Assembly: GCA_002269645.1 (NCBI GenBank)
Contig: NIVC01001577.1
Coordinates: 1-56,685, forward strand
Direction: 5' to 3'
From: Macrostomum lignano
Taxonomy: Eukaryota
Length of the DNA: 56,685 nt
Below the pieces are notes generated by a model. The model ran no database searches and was not told where the DNA came from. It saw only the letters and a program-made list of their open reading frames with translations. The position numbers and the translations under genes are program-made. Shown piece by piece: positions 1-11,620 of the stretch. How positions within the stretch are numbered: position 1 is the first letter of the stretch; each line of letters begins with the position of its first letter.

Positions 1-14
1 TTTAACGACAATAG

Positions 15-156
15 GAGAAGCCACTACAGGTGGCTGCTTGGCGCTGTTGGCGGTGCCGATGGGCTCGCTGCTTGCTGCGACTCCCTGGTGGCGCCGCTTC
101 AATGCCAGACTGGCCAGGACCGAGGCTTCCTCGATCGGGCTGCGGTGCGAGCATTT
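15..156 (+). CDS. possible internal exon of an unidentified gene convergent with FoxN
   Basis: GC-rich stretch between an acceptor-like aatAG (13-14) and a donor-like GTGAGT (157), open in more than one frame; no recognisable domain. Confidence 0.25.
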
Positions 157-172
157 GTGAGTAATAAGCTAC

Positions 173-408
173 TTTCGATACATATCGGCAGTGCAAAGCT
201 GCTATAATAGCTTTTATTAATTTAACATAATGGTAAAAGTAACTTTCGATACATATCGGCCCTTAAACTTTGTCTGTAGTAAAAATAAAGTTTCAATAAA
301 TATCGATTCTTCAATTTTGCGAAATAATTTCGCATACATATCGGCAAATTTTTTACTATCAAGTGAGCTTCGTTTGTCATAAACGCTATGCTTTTTCGAT
401 ACATATCG
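173..408. repeat. four dispersed copies of TTTCGATACATATCG(GC) with unique spacers
   Basis: Copies at about 173, 244, 328 (1-nt insertion) and 394; core CGATA-CA-TATCG is an interrupted palindrome. Confidence 0.8.
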
Positions 409-430
409 TTACAAAAGGTTAAAAAATCGC

Positions 431-1859
431 TCACATTTTATCCCGCGTCTCGGCCAATCCGCCAACAGACAGAATAGGCGGCAGTCGTCGCGGCTGCACC
501 GTCGCTTCGCCGGCAGCAGCGTCGGTTGTCGTTGTCGCCGCCGCAGACGCGTCGTCGCTACTCTGGCATCGATACTTCAAATAGAGCGCGCGAGCGTCGG
601 GCAGCTTAGCTTTGGAAGAGGAAGACGATTGAGCAGCGGCGTCGCTAGCCGGCTTGTCATTGGCGGCCTTGGCATTGTCACTAGTATCATTTGAGACAGT
701 GGCAGCACTACTAATAGTAGCATTCGAAACGGCAGGTTTGGCTTCGGTAGCCGTGGCGGTGGCGGTGGCGGCCGTGGCGGCGGTGGCTGCCCGCTTCATC
801 TGGGCCATCTGGGCGGCGGCGACCAGCTGATTGACGGACGGCATGCCGACGATCGGCCGCCTTCTTTTTTCTTCAGCAGGCGCGCGGGCGGCAGCAGGCG
901 GTACATCTGGGCGCAGTCTTTGCGGGGCCGGCGCGGCCGCTTGATTGGCTGCTCGATCTCTACGTAGCCGTCTTCGTCTTCATCGTCGTCTTCGTCTTCG
1001 TCGACGTCGACGTCGACAATGTCGCCGCGTTGTCGGCGAAGTTCGCGCAAGCTGGTGGCGTCTGAGGCCGCCAGTTGCTGACCGTCTGCGGCCTTTAGGA
1101 TGATTGGTGGAAGACGAGTGAGCTAGATGTATCGCTAGATTAGTCTCTAGATGTATCGCTAGATTAGTCTCTAGATGTATCGCTAGATTAGTCTCTAGAT
1201 GTATCGCTAGATTAGTCTCTAGATGTATCGCTAGATTTGTCTCTAGATGTATCGCTAGATTTGTCTCTAGATGTATTGCTAGATTTGTCTCTAGATATAT
1301 CGCTAGATCAGTCTCTAGATGTATCGCTAGATTAGTCTCTAGATATATCGCTAGATCAGTCTCTAGATGTATCGCTAGATTAGTCTCTAGATGTATTGCT
1401 AGATTTGTCTCTAGATATATCGCTAGATCAGTCTCTAGATGTATCGCTAGATTAGTCTCTAGATATATCGCTAGATCAGTCTCCAGTTGTATCGCTAGAT
1501 TAGTCTCCAGTTGTATCGCTAGATTAGTCTCTAGATGTATCGCTAGATTAGTCTCTAGACGTATCGCTAGATTTGTCTCTAGATGTATCATTAGATTTGT
1601 CTCTAGATGTATTGCTAGATTTGTCTCTAGATGTATCGCTAGGTTTGTCTCTAGATGTACCGCTAGATTTGTTTTTAGATGTCTTTAGCAGCTCACCTGA
1701 TCCCCAAGAATGTGCACCAGTCGTTTCATTTTCGCGGCCAGAAACGGGTAGAGATGCGCTGACGGCAGCAAGTCCTGCTTACGGCAGCGCTGGCGCTGCT
1801 TGCTCTTGTCCTCATCTGCCTCATCGAAGGTTTCCGACTTAATCGCAGGCTGCTGCTGT

Positions 1860-1891
<32 letters not shown>

Positions 1892-3529
1892 CAGCGGCTG
1901 GGACTCCGAAGGCGAAGGCTGCTTCAAAGTCGGCGGCCCTTTGACAGGCGTCACGTGACCTTTGAAACTGTTCACATTGGGGTGATACTGCATTCTCTGC
2001 TGCTGCTGCTGCTGCTGGATATCAGAGACGCTGGCGAGTTCGTCATCGCAGTTGCTACTGACATTGTCGTCCATTTTGACCATAGCGGAGCTGTGAGCTA
2101 GAAGAGCATTGGTGCCTAACACGCTACTGTAACTGGAGCCTTGCTGCTGCTGCTGTTGCAGGGGCAGCGGCGACTTGGCTTCGCGTCTCATTCCACCGCC
2201 GCCAGTTTTGTACATGGTGCCGGTGGCGCTGAACATTTGCACCTGAGCGTAGGGATGGTAGGGGGTCTTCTTGAGCGCCTGCAGCATGCCAGCCCTGGCC
2301 ATGGGGTCGATGGTCCACAGGGAGCCTTTGGCCGAAGTCTGTGGGCGAATTTATCATTATTATATTATATTCTTAATCCAAAAAATCCCCAAGACAGTAC
2401 TCGTATGTGAAATCCAAAAAATCCCCAAAAAATGAAATATAAAATCCTAAAAATTCACATTATACAATATGAAATAATACAAATCCCGAAAATCCCCAAT
2501 ACAGAATATAAAATCCCAAAAGTCCCCAATGCGCAGAATATATAATCCAAAAAATCCCTATAATACAAACAATATGAAATCCCAAAATCCCCAATGAACT
2601 CAATATGAAATCCCAAAAATTTCCTATATACAGAATATGAAATTTAAAAAATTCCCAATACACAATATGAAATTCCAAAATCCCCAATACAGAATATGAA
2701 ATCCCAAAAATCCTCAATACACAGAATATGAAATCCCAAAAATCTCCAATACACAAAATATGAAATCCCAAAAATCGTCAATAAACAGAATATGAAATCC
2801 AAAAAATCCCTAACGAACAGGATATGAAATCCCAAAAATCTGCAATACACAGAATATGAAATCCCAAAAATCCCCAATACAGAATATGAATTATGAAATC
2901 TAAAAAAAAATCCCCAATACACAGAATATGAAATCCCAAAAATCCCCAATACAGAATATGAATTATGGTATCCCGAAAATCCCCAATACACAGAATTTGA
3001 AATCCCAAAAATCCCTAATACAGAGTATGAATTCCACAAAGATCGCAAATAAAGACTGACATTCAAAAGACCCACAGTGCATGCAACAAAATGAAAGAAT
3101 GAGTACACAATACACTACTTACATCCCGCTGCACTTTCGTAAAGCTCTTATTCAGAGACAAGTTATGTCTGACGGAATTTTTCCAGCCGTTCTGAGCCTG
3201 GCGGTAGAATGGGAACTTCTGCTCAATCCACTGGTAGATGCGGCGCACCGGTAGGCACTTGTTTGGCGCCGCCTCAAGCGCCATGAAGATGAGGCAGGAG
3301 AAAGAATAGGGCGGCTTCAGCAGCCGGTCTTTGTGCGGATCGTAGCCGCTGTGAAACCGGTTGCCGCAGCTGGCGAAGGTGGACTGGGGAAACGGTTCCT
3401 GGATCCAGAAGGGGAAGAGGGTGAGAAAAAACGGCTTTGAGAACTCGAAATAGTTATGGTTTTAACTACCGATTTGTTGCGTATTCATGAAAATTTCATA
3501 GATAGGTACGAGAAGATAGATGGATAGAA

Positions 3530-3580
<51 letters not shown>

Positions 3581-3593
3581 TAGACAGACAGAA

Positions 3594-3626
<33 letters not shown>

Positions 3627-3693
3627 CTAAGACAGACAGACAGACAGACAGACAGACACTAAGACAGACAGACAGACAGACAGACAGACACTA

Positions 3694-3748
<55 letters not shown>

Positions 3749-3781
3749 GAGACAGACAGAGAGACAGACAGACAGAGAGAC

Positions 3782-3824
<43 letters not shown>

Positions 3825-4282
3825 GAGACAGACAGAGAGACAGACAGACACTGACAGACAGACAGACAGATAGAACGCACCTTCTTAACACTGGCCGCCC
3901 CGGCAGCCTCAGCGGCAGGCGGCTGGCCAGTCGCATCCGATTCGCCGAGCCCGGGATTCAGCAGATCCGGGGGCCGGTAGTTCACCAGCCAGTCCAAGTC
4001 GCCCAGCTCGCTGCCGCCGCCGCCCACAGACGGCGAGGCTCGCAGGCTGGCGAAGCAGCTGCGGCTCAGCGGGTCGGCAGCTCCGACAGCATCGTCGTCG
4101 ACGTCGTCAAGCGCCGAAGCTCCTGGCGCGTCGCGTAGCGCGTTGGACAGCGCGGCGGCTGGGTAGGAGGCGGCCAGGCTGTCGCTGAGTGCCAAACGCC
4201 TGGCCAGCAGCTCAGCTGAGGAATCGTCGGAATCGGCAGCTGACAAGGGCGGCGGACTGTCGTCGAGCATTAGGCGGCTCAT
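431..4282 (-). CDS. FoxN2/3: forkhead box N2/3-like transcription factor, 4 coding exons (4282-3881, 3398-3123, 2338-1697, 1092-431)
   Basis: Spliced forkhead domain [15 protein letters not shown]...[21 protein letters not shown]|[12 protein letters not shown]...[12 protein letters not shown]; three GT-AG introns all in phase 0. The last exon needs one extra A in the A-run near 866-871 to join the EDEDD and MPSVNQ frames. Confidence 0.92.
1123..1685. repeat. 24-bp (2x12) minisatellite ctagatgtatcg-ctagattagtct filling FoxN intron 3
   Basis: Tandem units visible directly; explains the periodic ORFs at 980-1591. Confidence 0.95.
2370..3035. repeat. about 31-33-bp minisatellite cagaatatgaaatcccaaaaatccccaatac(a) filling FoxN intron 2
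   Basis: Degenerate tandem units visible directly. Confidence 0.9.
3527..3872. repeat. (GACA)n microsatellite in FoxN intron 1
   Basis: Direct reading, with GATA, GAGA and CACTAA interruptions. Confidence 0.97.
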
Positions 4283-4402
4283 TGCTGATGCTGTGGACTT
4301 TGAATTCCTACTGTTGTTTGTCTCAAAGGGTAAAATAGCTTGTACAGATTACTGGAATGGTGAGTAGTAAACAGTGAATCGGTTTTATTAATATGTAAAA
4401 AC

Positions 4403-4545
4403 AGGACTGGGGGGTCACCACACACCCTCAGTTACCCCAGCTAATGCTGGCACCCATTTTACAGCTGGGTGAACTGAAGCAATGCAGAGTTAAATGCCTT
4501 ACTTAAGGACACAAATTGTTCTAAGGCAGTCGAGAATCGAACCAA
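4403..4545 (-). mobile_element. partial, mutated copy of the tRNA-derived SINE at 48556-48798
   Basis: Aligns with the 48601-48750 segment (ggactg..ggtc(g/a)ccacacaccctca..acagct(t)gggtgaactgaagcaatgcagagtt..aaggacacaaa..gagaatcgaacc). Confidence 0.85.
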
Positions 4546-4792
4546 CCACTAGGCTATAGCCTCACCAATCTAGCGCAAATGCAATTTACACTGCTAAGCC
4601 TCTCTGGTGTAATATAACTTGGCCAAAATGTTTAAAATAATTCTATAAAGGCAAAAAATGCTATTTTTGTGAATTTAATAAAAAATAGTGGATTAATACT
4701 AATTATATAAATAAAAATCAACTAAGTTTATATACTAAATGATTACCTAAAACTAAATGTTGCTTTGTTATCTTTTTGTCGCTTATTTATTA

Positions 4793-5048
4793 CTGGGTGT
4801 TGCAAAAAAACTCAACAAAAAATTGTGATAATTCAGCACCAACAAAAAATAAAGGCAAAAATTTAAAGCCAGTTTAACTTTAAATACATATGAAAAGCAA
4901 GCTTAGTTTGTGTGGTCACCATTGATAGCAAGAACTATCTCTCCAGCCTTGTTTGTGCTCTTCAAAATAAAGTCAAATTTTGTAGTATAAGGGGTCATGC
5001 AGACCTTTTAAAGACAAAAAATGTGTAAAGTTTTTTTGCAACACCTGG
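4793..5048. mobile_element. Tc1/mariner-type MITE, 256 bp
   Basis: TIRs ctgggtgttgcaaaaaaact and (reverse complement) ccaggtgttgcaaaaaaact, each flanked by TA. Confidence 0.8.
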
Positions 5049-6486
5049 TATATTTGACAATAAACAAGCAAAAATATTAATAGCAGGCCTAGGCAAGGCT
5101 AAAAGTACTAATAAAATATGATATGCAATCATTTTTACAATAATTTAGTATTTAGTAGGATTATTATATGGGAGATTTCACTTTAGTATTTTTAGTAATT
5201 TACAATTAAATTTTAAATTTTAATAAATACAAAATAGGTTTACGTTTCTAAGAACAGAAGTAACAACATACATAAATAGATGTATTAAGATTAACACGAA
5301 GTTGTTTTAGAATAAATTTGCCTAAAAAGTTATATACCAAGAACCTTAGTATATGCCATGATTATAAGCCAAGTGCATTAAGGACCTTTAATAATGCTAG
5401 AATTTTCTATCACAAAGGCATCTTCTTGACTATAATAATATGGAGACTAGGCCTAATAAGGGATTAGTTTGTTTGTTTAGGTTTGGTCTAAACTAATTTC
5501 TTCTTTACAAGCTAATAGGGATAGCCTCAAGCAAAACTATGGCTTATTCTAATTTTCTATATTCTGTAGCCAAAGAGATTCCAATATTACTATATTCTTA
5601 TAGTTTCTGTAGCCCTAGCCATATTTTTGACAAAAAAGTCTAAGAAATAAAATACTTTGAATCTAGAAGATAACATAGTATTTAAATGACTGCAAATTAA
5701 GATAGAAACTTAGACAAACACTTGATTCGTTTGTAAGATTATTAAATGTCTATCAACTACTACTACTACTACTACAACTATTACTATCAATAGAAGATAA
5801 AGTGAATGTTTTCACATTAATAAAAGTTAGAATTTGCTAGTGTTTTATTGTACCATATTAGATATCATTTATAAGTTTTAAATCTATGATATAGTTTACC
5901 AAGTATCTTTGTTTTACTCAATCTGTTTCTATGTGTACTACAACATGATCCTAACTATAGATCTGCCTTAGGATCCCATAGCCATAGCCATAGCTATGGC
6001 AAAACACTAGTTATTAATAAATTTAATGATTTTGCAAGGTATGCTACCTATGAAATTTTAGAAGAGATAATGATTTGATAGCTTTGGACAAATGTTAGAT
6101 TGTTATCAAGCTGTATTACAAGGGGTGCATAAAAAGTTTTTGCAACCTGGTTCCCAATTGTAGATAAATTGTTGATAAACATTTAAATTCTATATTTTTA
6201 TGAAATCCTTCAATATAATATCTCTATATATTAGCCATATTCTATGCATTTCTAGTAATGGCAAATCTATGCCTCAAAGTTGGCATGGTATTTAGCTCTA
6301 AATTGATATAGTAAGCTGGGTCTTAAGGCTATTGAAAATGACATCTAGTTCAGAAGTTTTGGTAATGCCCAAAAGTTGCAAGGTGCCAAGTTAGGATAAG
6401 GCCTTAGGCCTTAATGGATAGTATAATATCATCTTGAGCTTGTTACTGGCAAAAAAGCTTGTTGTCATGGCCACAGTGTGGCTAGA

Positions 6487-6660
6487 GGCCATACATGCTT
6501 AACCTTGGGAATCACTTGGCCATTTATATTGGCAACATATACATGTAAGTCACTTTTGGCTGAGAGTAGTCATGTGACTACCATTCTGTCCAATAGCAAC
6601 TTACATGTATATGTTGCCAATATAAATGTCTGGTAAAATCCCTAGGTTACACTTAAGCAT
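6487..6660. mobile_element. 174-bp largely palindromic insertion inside the mariner remnant
   Basis: Flanked by GCTAGA direct repeats (6481-6486, 6661-6666); contains a perfect 30-bp inverted repeat (6521-6550 / 6599-6628). Confidence 0.7.
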
Positions 6661-6994
6661 GCTAGAAGCATTGTTATAGTGCAAGTAAATTTTACCACTG
6701 GAAGCAAGTTGGCTGCTCTTCCATCACTAAAGCCACAACTTTAGGCAAAACCTTGCCAGCTAGTATAAAATCTGGCATTGACATTCTGTCCAATTGGCAT
6801 CATAACAATTGTCCCTGGCCCATTGATGCTAAAAAAGACAATAAATATCTGTTTCTATGAGCCAAGTGCCAAGGTAAGTCACAAAATACAAAACTTGATA
6901 AACAAGAAATTGAGAGAAGAAAGGAAAGAGAAAAAGAGAAAAGAAAAAGAAAGGAGAGAGAAAAAAGCAAGAAAAATCATATACAAAGTGAAAA

Positions 6995-7250
6995 TTAAGT
7001 TGCAATTGGGAGAAATTAAGTTGCAATCAAGAGGAACTAAGTTGCAAATCTGGACAAAACTAGGCCCTCCTAAGTTGCACCAGATAGGCCTAGGTGAAAT
7101 CTTGAGGTTGGGCATAGATGAAGCAATTTATAATATTTTAAAGTTGTAATTGGGGGAACTAAGTTGCAATCAGGAGGAACTAAGTTGCAATTGGAAGGAA
7201 CTAAGTTGCAATTGAGAGGAACTATAGGCCTAAGTCGTAATTGGACATCA
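6995..7250. repeat. about 21-bp degenerate tandem repeat ggaactaagttgcaatt
   Basis: Two short clusters of units visible directly. Confidence 0.8.
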
Positions 7251-8816
7251 ATCAATGTGTGAAATTTTGAGGTTTGGGCATATATGCTGGCACTGATCAA
7301 TTCAATCCAATGGGCAATAGTGCAGCATGAAGAGGCTTGATCTCCTATAACTTGAACTAGCTTGGCATGAATTTTTGTGGCATTTTCTTTCTCTAAGTAT
7401 ACCACTTTAGCTAGGACTAGGTTTTTAAATTTGGTAGAGTAAGATTATTTTATTAAAAAAAATTTGCTTTGCCATTGAATTAGGCTAGGTTGGCTCATTA
7501 GGCTGGTAGGCCCTATCTATGCTATATGCTATAATAAACATTATAATATAATCTATATGTCTAATGTCTTGTTTGAATCAAAACCAAGACAGAGTAGGCC
7601 TAGAATGATGCCACTTTGATTTCTTTTAATAAAAAATTAAATTGTGCCTACAATGAAGTAGTGGTATAGGTCTATTAATTTATATAGTACCAAAAGCCTG
7701 GTAACAAGGTCAAGCTGCCTAGCCAATTCAGTTGATTGGCTAGCAGATGATGCATGTACTCCCAGCTCTTTAGACTTTTACTTTTGTTAACTTTCCATTT
7801 TTATATTTCTAAGCAAATAAAATTACAAAAGCTAGGGCCTACACCTTTGCTAAGTCTTAGACTTAGAAGTGCCGGGGTTAGGGTAGAGGCGTAGCGTAGC
7901 GTAGGGTTTAATGTCATTGTGATTTAAGCAAATTAATTTTAACTAGGCCTATTCTAATCCGAAGTCTGAACTTACAGAATTTGATTCAAACGTTTCGAAT
8001 GAAATTTTGCTATGCACATAAATATATTAATGCATTTAGTTACAGATGCTAAAATTCAAAAATAAGGAGCAAATTTCTGCCAAAGCTAGCTCATCATAAC
8101 CAGCAGTCAGCAAACCAATAAAGCTTTAAGGTCTGGTCTTTCACGAGTCCCAAGCTGCTGCGTCGTTAACAACAAATATCGAAAAACTGTTCAAAGTACG
8201 ACAAATTGAAATAACAAAATGTGTTTTTAAAAATGCTCCTAAGAGTGCAAACACTTTGAAGGCGTTAAAAAGAAACATAAAATAATTATAATTAAAATAA
8301 CAGGTCATATTTATTACTGCTCATAAAACGTAAGAACTTAACTCGGTTACACCGGGCCCGTGCCATAAAATTAAGGCGATCGGAGCTTGGCTCAAGAATT
8401 GTCTTTACGTTTTAATTAAGGTGTTGATGGATTTGTATTCATATATTTTATGGTTAAGATCGGGGAGCTAAATGTATATTTGGGAGTTGTTCCAAGGATT
8501 GCAGCTAATCATATTTATCATGTCAGCTAACAGTCTAAAGGTACATGTACATGTATATAGTGAGCGAAAGTTCAAAGGAGGCCAAAGCAAAAGCAGAGAG
8601 TTTCAAAAGAAGGTCCATGTGTACTATCTAGTTTTCTCTCGTAGCCAATTTTGAAACATTCATTACTCTTTCGAAATAGTACATTCTTCCTGCCATGGCT
8701 ACATATAGCCATTCGATCAGTTGTTGTTTACATGATCATCCCTTCTCTCCAAATAATTTTACCAGTACACTTTACATATCTTAATTTCACGGCGGCCCAC
8801 GGGCGACGCTGAAGAC

Positions 8817-9620
8817 ATGATTGAGCGCCTTCTAGATGAGCAGCAACAGGCTGCTGTCGACGACGCTGCATTTATGTCTGGTCCATTATCCAGCTGCAGC
8901 CGACGTGAAGAGCCGCGCAGTGTGGACGACCGTTCCCACTGGAAAATACCGCTCCCAGCTGAGGAGGACTTCTGCACCCAAGCCCAGTCACCACGGAAGA
9001 CATTGCTTTTCGCTCGGAAAACACCGGCCAGGCGGTAAGGCGTTCGGCCCCGACGAAGTCCCGTTGGTCGAAGCGCTGCGGCTCCGATGTGTGGCCTCCC
9101 AGGCGCCATGAACCGCGTGCTTGCTGGCGCCCGTGCGCCTACCGAATGGACCATTGCGCAAACCGTGTCGATTCAACGCGGGAACAATGCGGTCAAAGAA
9201 AAAAGAAGCCTGGGCGGTATTCCATTCGATCCGGGCCGTCCTCCAGTCCGAAAAGCTGCCCAACCGCCAGAGGGCTCTGTTGTGGCAGGCGGTGGTCAAA
9301 ACCGTCTTGCTCTACAACGCCGAGACGTGGACGCTGGCGGCTACGCTTGAGCGACAGTTGGATTCGACGCACTCAGGGCTGCGCCGTGCGTTCTTTCAAG
9401 CTGACGAGAGCGCCAGGACCGAAGCCCTGTACGATCGGGCCAAGCTGCAGCGCCCATCCTGTACTGGTGGTGACTTCAACTGGCGGGTCACGTGATCCGG
9501 GCCGAGAGCTACTGCCCCAAACCTGTTCAGGACGACCTTGCAGGGCCCATTCAGGTGAGTCAGGCCCGAACACGTCGATACGTTGACTGCCCGCTGTGCG
9601 ACGCTGGGGCGTAAAATTAA
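8817..9620 (+). mobile_element. non-LTR retrotransposon (RTE-like LINE) ORF2 remnant lacking the RT core
   Basis: GKAFGPDEVP linker motif joined directly to the C-terminal VKTVLLYNAETWTL...LD...LRR and QLAGHVIRAESYCP motifs, with frameshifts. Confidence 0.75.
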
Positions 9621-10199
9621 TTGCTTTGGTTTAACTTACTACTTAGCTGAGAGTAGCTTACACGCAAATGTTGCAGAGTGGCCCATCTAGTTTTTATAAT
9701 ATCTGTGTTGCTAACTGACGCCAGAATTCCGGACTTCATCTACAGTCCTAAAGAAGGCACAGGTAAAACAATTCTATCTCTATAGTTCATCTACTTGCGC
9801 ATAATTACTCGTGCAGTTGCTTTAATTTGGCACCTGGCTATATACATTGTACGAGCTAGAGTTTTTTGTTGTGTCAAGATGCAATGGAGGGCAATGCACA
9901 TAAAAAGTGAACTTACCCCAGGCACAGGTAATTCTCTCCGCATAAATAGATTCAGTTAAAGACAACTTCGCAACTTCGACTCGACAAGTTCGAATGTCTT
10001 AAAAACGGAGTTGTTACCAAAAATAAATTATAATATCGTTGCAAACATATAAACTTATGAAGGTAGGAAGCCTTTTCATTTTTTCTGTAGCTCTTCTGGA
10101 AAACTGGGTTGAAGTTCGCTCTAACTCAGCTTAGACGTTCGAGTACTTGCTAAAATTGCATCTTATTTCTGAGAATAAATCGCTCACTTGTCGTTATCA

Positions 10200-10796
10200 A
10201 TGGATGTCCTGAAATGCGTCGTTGTCGGCGACTCAAACGTTGGCAAGACCAGCCTGATTATGACGTACGTACAGAGCGCATTCTACGAAAATTCAATACC
10301 GACAGTGTTTGACTCTCACATAGTCACGGTTAACCATGGTGAAGCCAACAAAAGCAGGCAGCTGGTTGTGTGCGACACCGCAGGCCAGGAGACCTACGAC
10401 AGACTGCGACCGCTCAGTTATCCGGACACCCACGTCTTCCTGTTGTGCTTCTCCGTGAACAACTCGACAAGCTTGAGCAACGTAATAGAGAAATGGCACT
10501 GGGAGCTGAAGCATCACTCTCCCAACACGCCAATCATTCTTGTTGGAACCAAGTCAGATTTGCGAGCGTCTGCTCCAACTGACAAAGCAGTTTCTAGCGA
10601 GCGAGGCTGCCAGGTGGCTAGAGAAATCAAAGCCATAAAGTACATAGAGTGCTCTGCGCGACATCAGGACGGACTGCATCGCCTCTTTGTTGAGGCCATC
10701 GCTGCGGCTGATATGCCCCGAGGCGACAACGGTCGTGCTGATGGTGGCAACAGGAACTCTCTGAATGGTTTGAAGACTCTCTGCAGCGTTTTGTGA
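10200..10796 (+). CDS. intronless atypical Rho/Rac-family small GTPase, 198 aa
   Basis: G1 GDSNVGKTS, effector loop [27 protein letters not shown]4 TKSD, G5 ECSA, CAAX CSVL; single uninterrupted ORF from ATG 10200. Confidence 0.92.
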   Translation: MDVLKCVVVGDSNVGKTSLIMTYVQSAFYENSIPTVFDSHIVTVNHGEANKSRQLVVCDTAGQETYDRLRPLSYPDTHVFLLCFSVNNSTSLSNVIEKWHWELKHHSPNTPIILVGTKSDLRASAPTDKAVSSERGCQVAREIKAIKYIECSARHQDGLHRLFVEAIAAADMPRGDNGRADGGNRNSLNGLKTLCSVL

Positions 10797-11419
10797 CATT
10801 CGGGCACACAAAAATACGTCTTACAACCAATATCTACGAGTTAACGCAAATTGTTACACAGTAAAGCGAGTCACAAATCACATACATGACAGACGTTCAA
10901 TATTGGTACTTTTTAGACAATTTTGTTTGCATTCTTTTCAATATTCACGTGCAGAAATCTGTAGAATTCTTCGCTAAGTCAAACAACCCAGTGTTGCATC
11001 GTCCCACTAAATATTGCTTGCATATACTTCAAGTATGCACTTTGGTAAACCAGGGAAACTGTTAACTAATTTTGTCGAATGAGGGCCAGGTATATACAAA
11101 TTTACATGTAAAGTAACTTAATTTTTAATTTTAGGACAGGTATACTTGTATACCATTTTTGTGTTTTCGGGACCAAGGACCAACTTGATGATACACCTCC
11201 ATCAATTGAGTAGCGCGATCTGATTTGTGCATATGATTTCTTCGTCACTTGTGCATTTACATCCGTCTATCCGTCTTCTGCCGGTTAATGGTTCAGTTGA
11301 TAGCGGTGTAACCGGTGAATCTCTTGCGGGTTAAAATAGAGTGGAGTGGAGTAGACTAGAGTAGTGGAAGTGGAATACATGTAGAGTGGCGTAGAGTACA
11401 GTAAATTTGTAGATCTGAA

Positions 11420-11620
11420 CCTGGGTAGGTCCATGGCAATCGGTGTTGCACCGTCGGCGACTCCAGCTGGCAGGCCACATCATCCTCGCCATGTCGTACT
11501 CTCCACAGACGGTGCAGGAGGGGCTGCTGCTGACGATGCAGGCGCCATACCGGCGGGGACAGGTAGGCATTTAGCTGCTGGCTGATGCCGACACACACTG
11601 TGACGCTGCTCTGATTTTAA
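11420..11620 (+). mobile_element. 3' fragment of the same LINE family as 8817-9620
   Basis: Plus frame reads RRRLQLAGHIILAMSYSPQTVQEGLLLTMQAPYRRGQ, matching QLAGHVIRAESYCPKPVQ near 9480. Confidence 0.7.

Larger units (their letters stand above)
6119..7405 (-). pseudogene. heavily mutated mariner-type transposase, interrupted by insertions
   Basis: Minus strand gives an HTH-like ATKIHAKLVQVIGDQASSCCTIAHW (near 7400-7300), KQIFIVFFSING (near 6860), LHYNNASS (6667-6684, ancestral LHHDNA) and PNLAPCNFW (6369-6395, ancestral PDLAPCDFW). TIR-like ta|caaggggtgcataaaaagt at 6117; the other end was not found. Confidence 0.8.

Noticed and set aside
173-408. CRISPR-like repeat-spacer appearance
   Set aside because: Repeats are only 15-17 bp, spacers are 50-65 bp and uneven, the context is eukaryotic and no cas genes are present.
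11331-11598. Cys-rich, WSC-like exon on the minus strand
   Set aside because: The plus strand matches the LINE C-terminus at 9480, which explains the segment.
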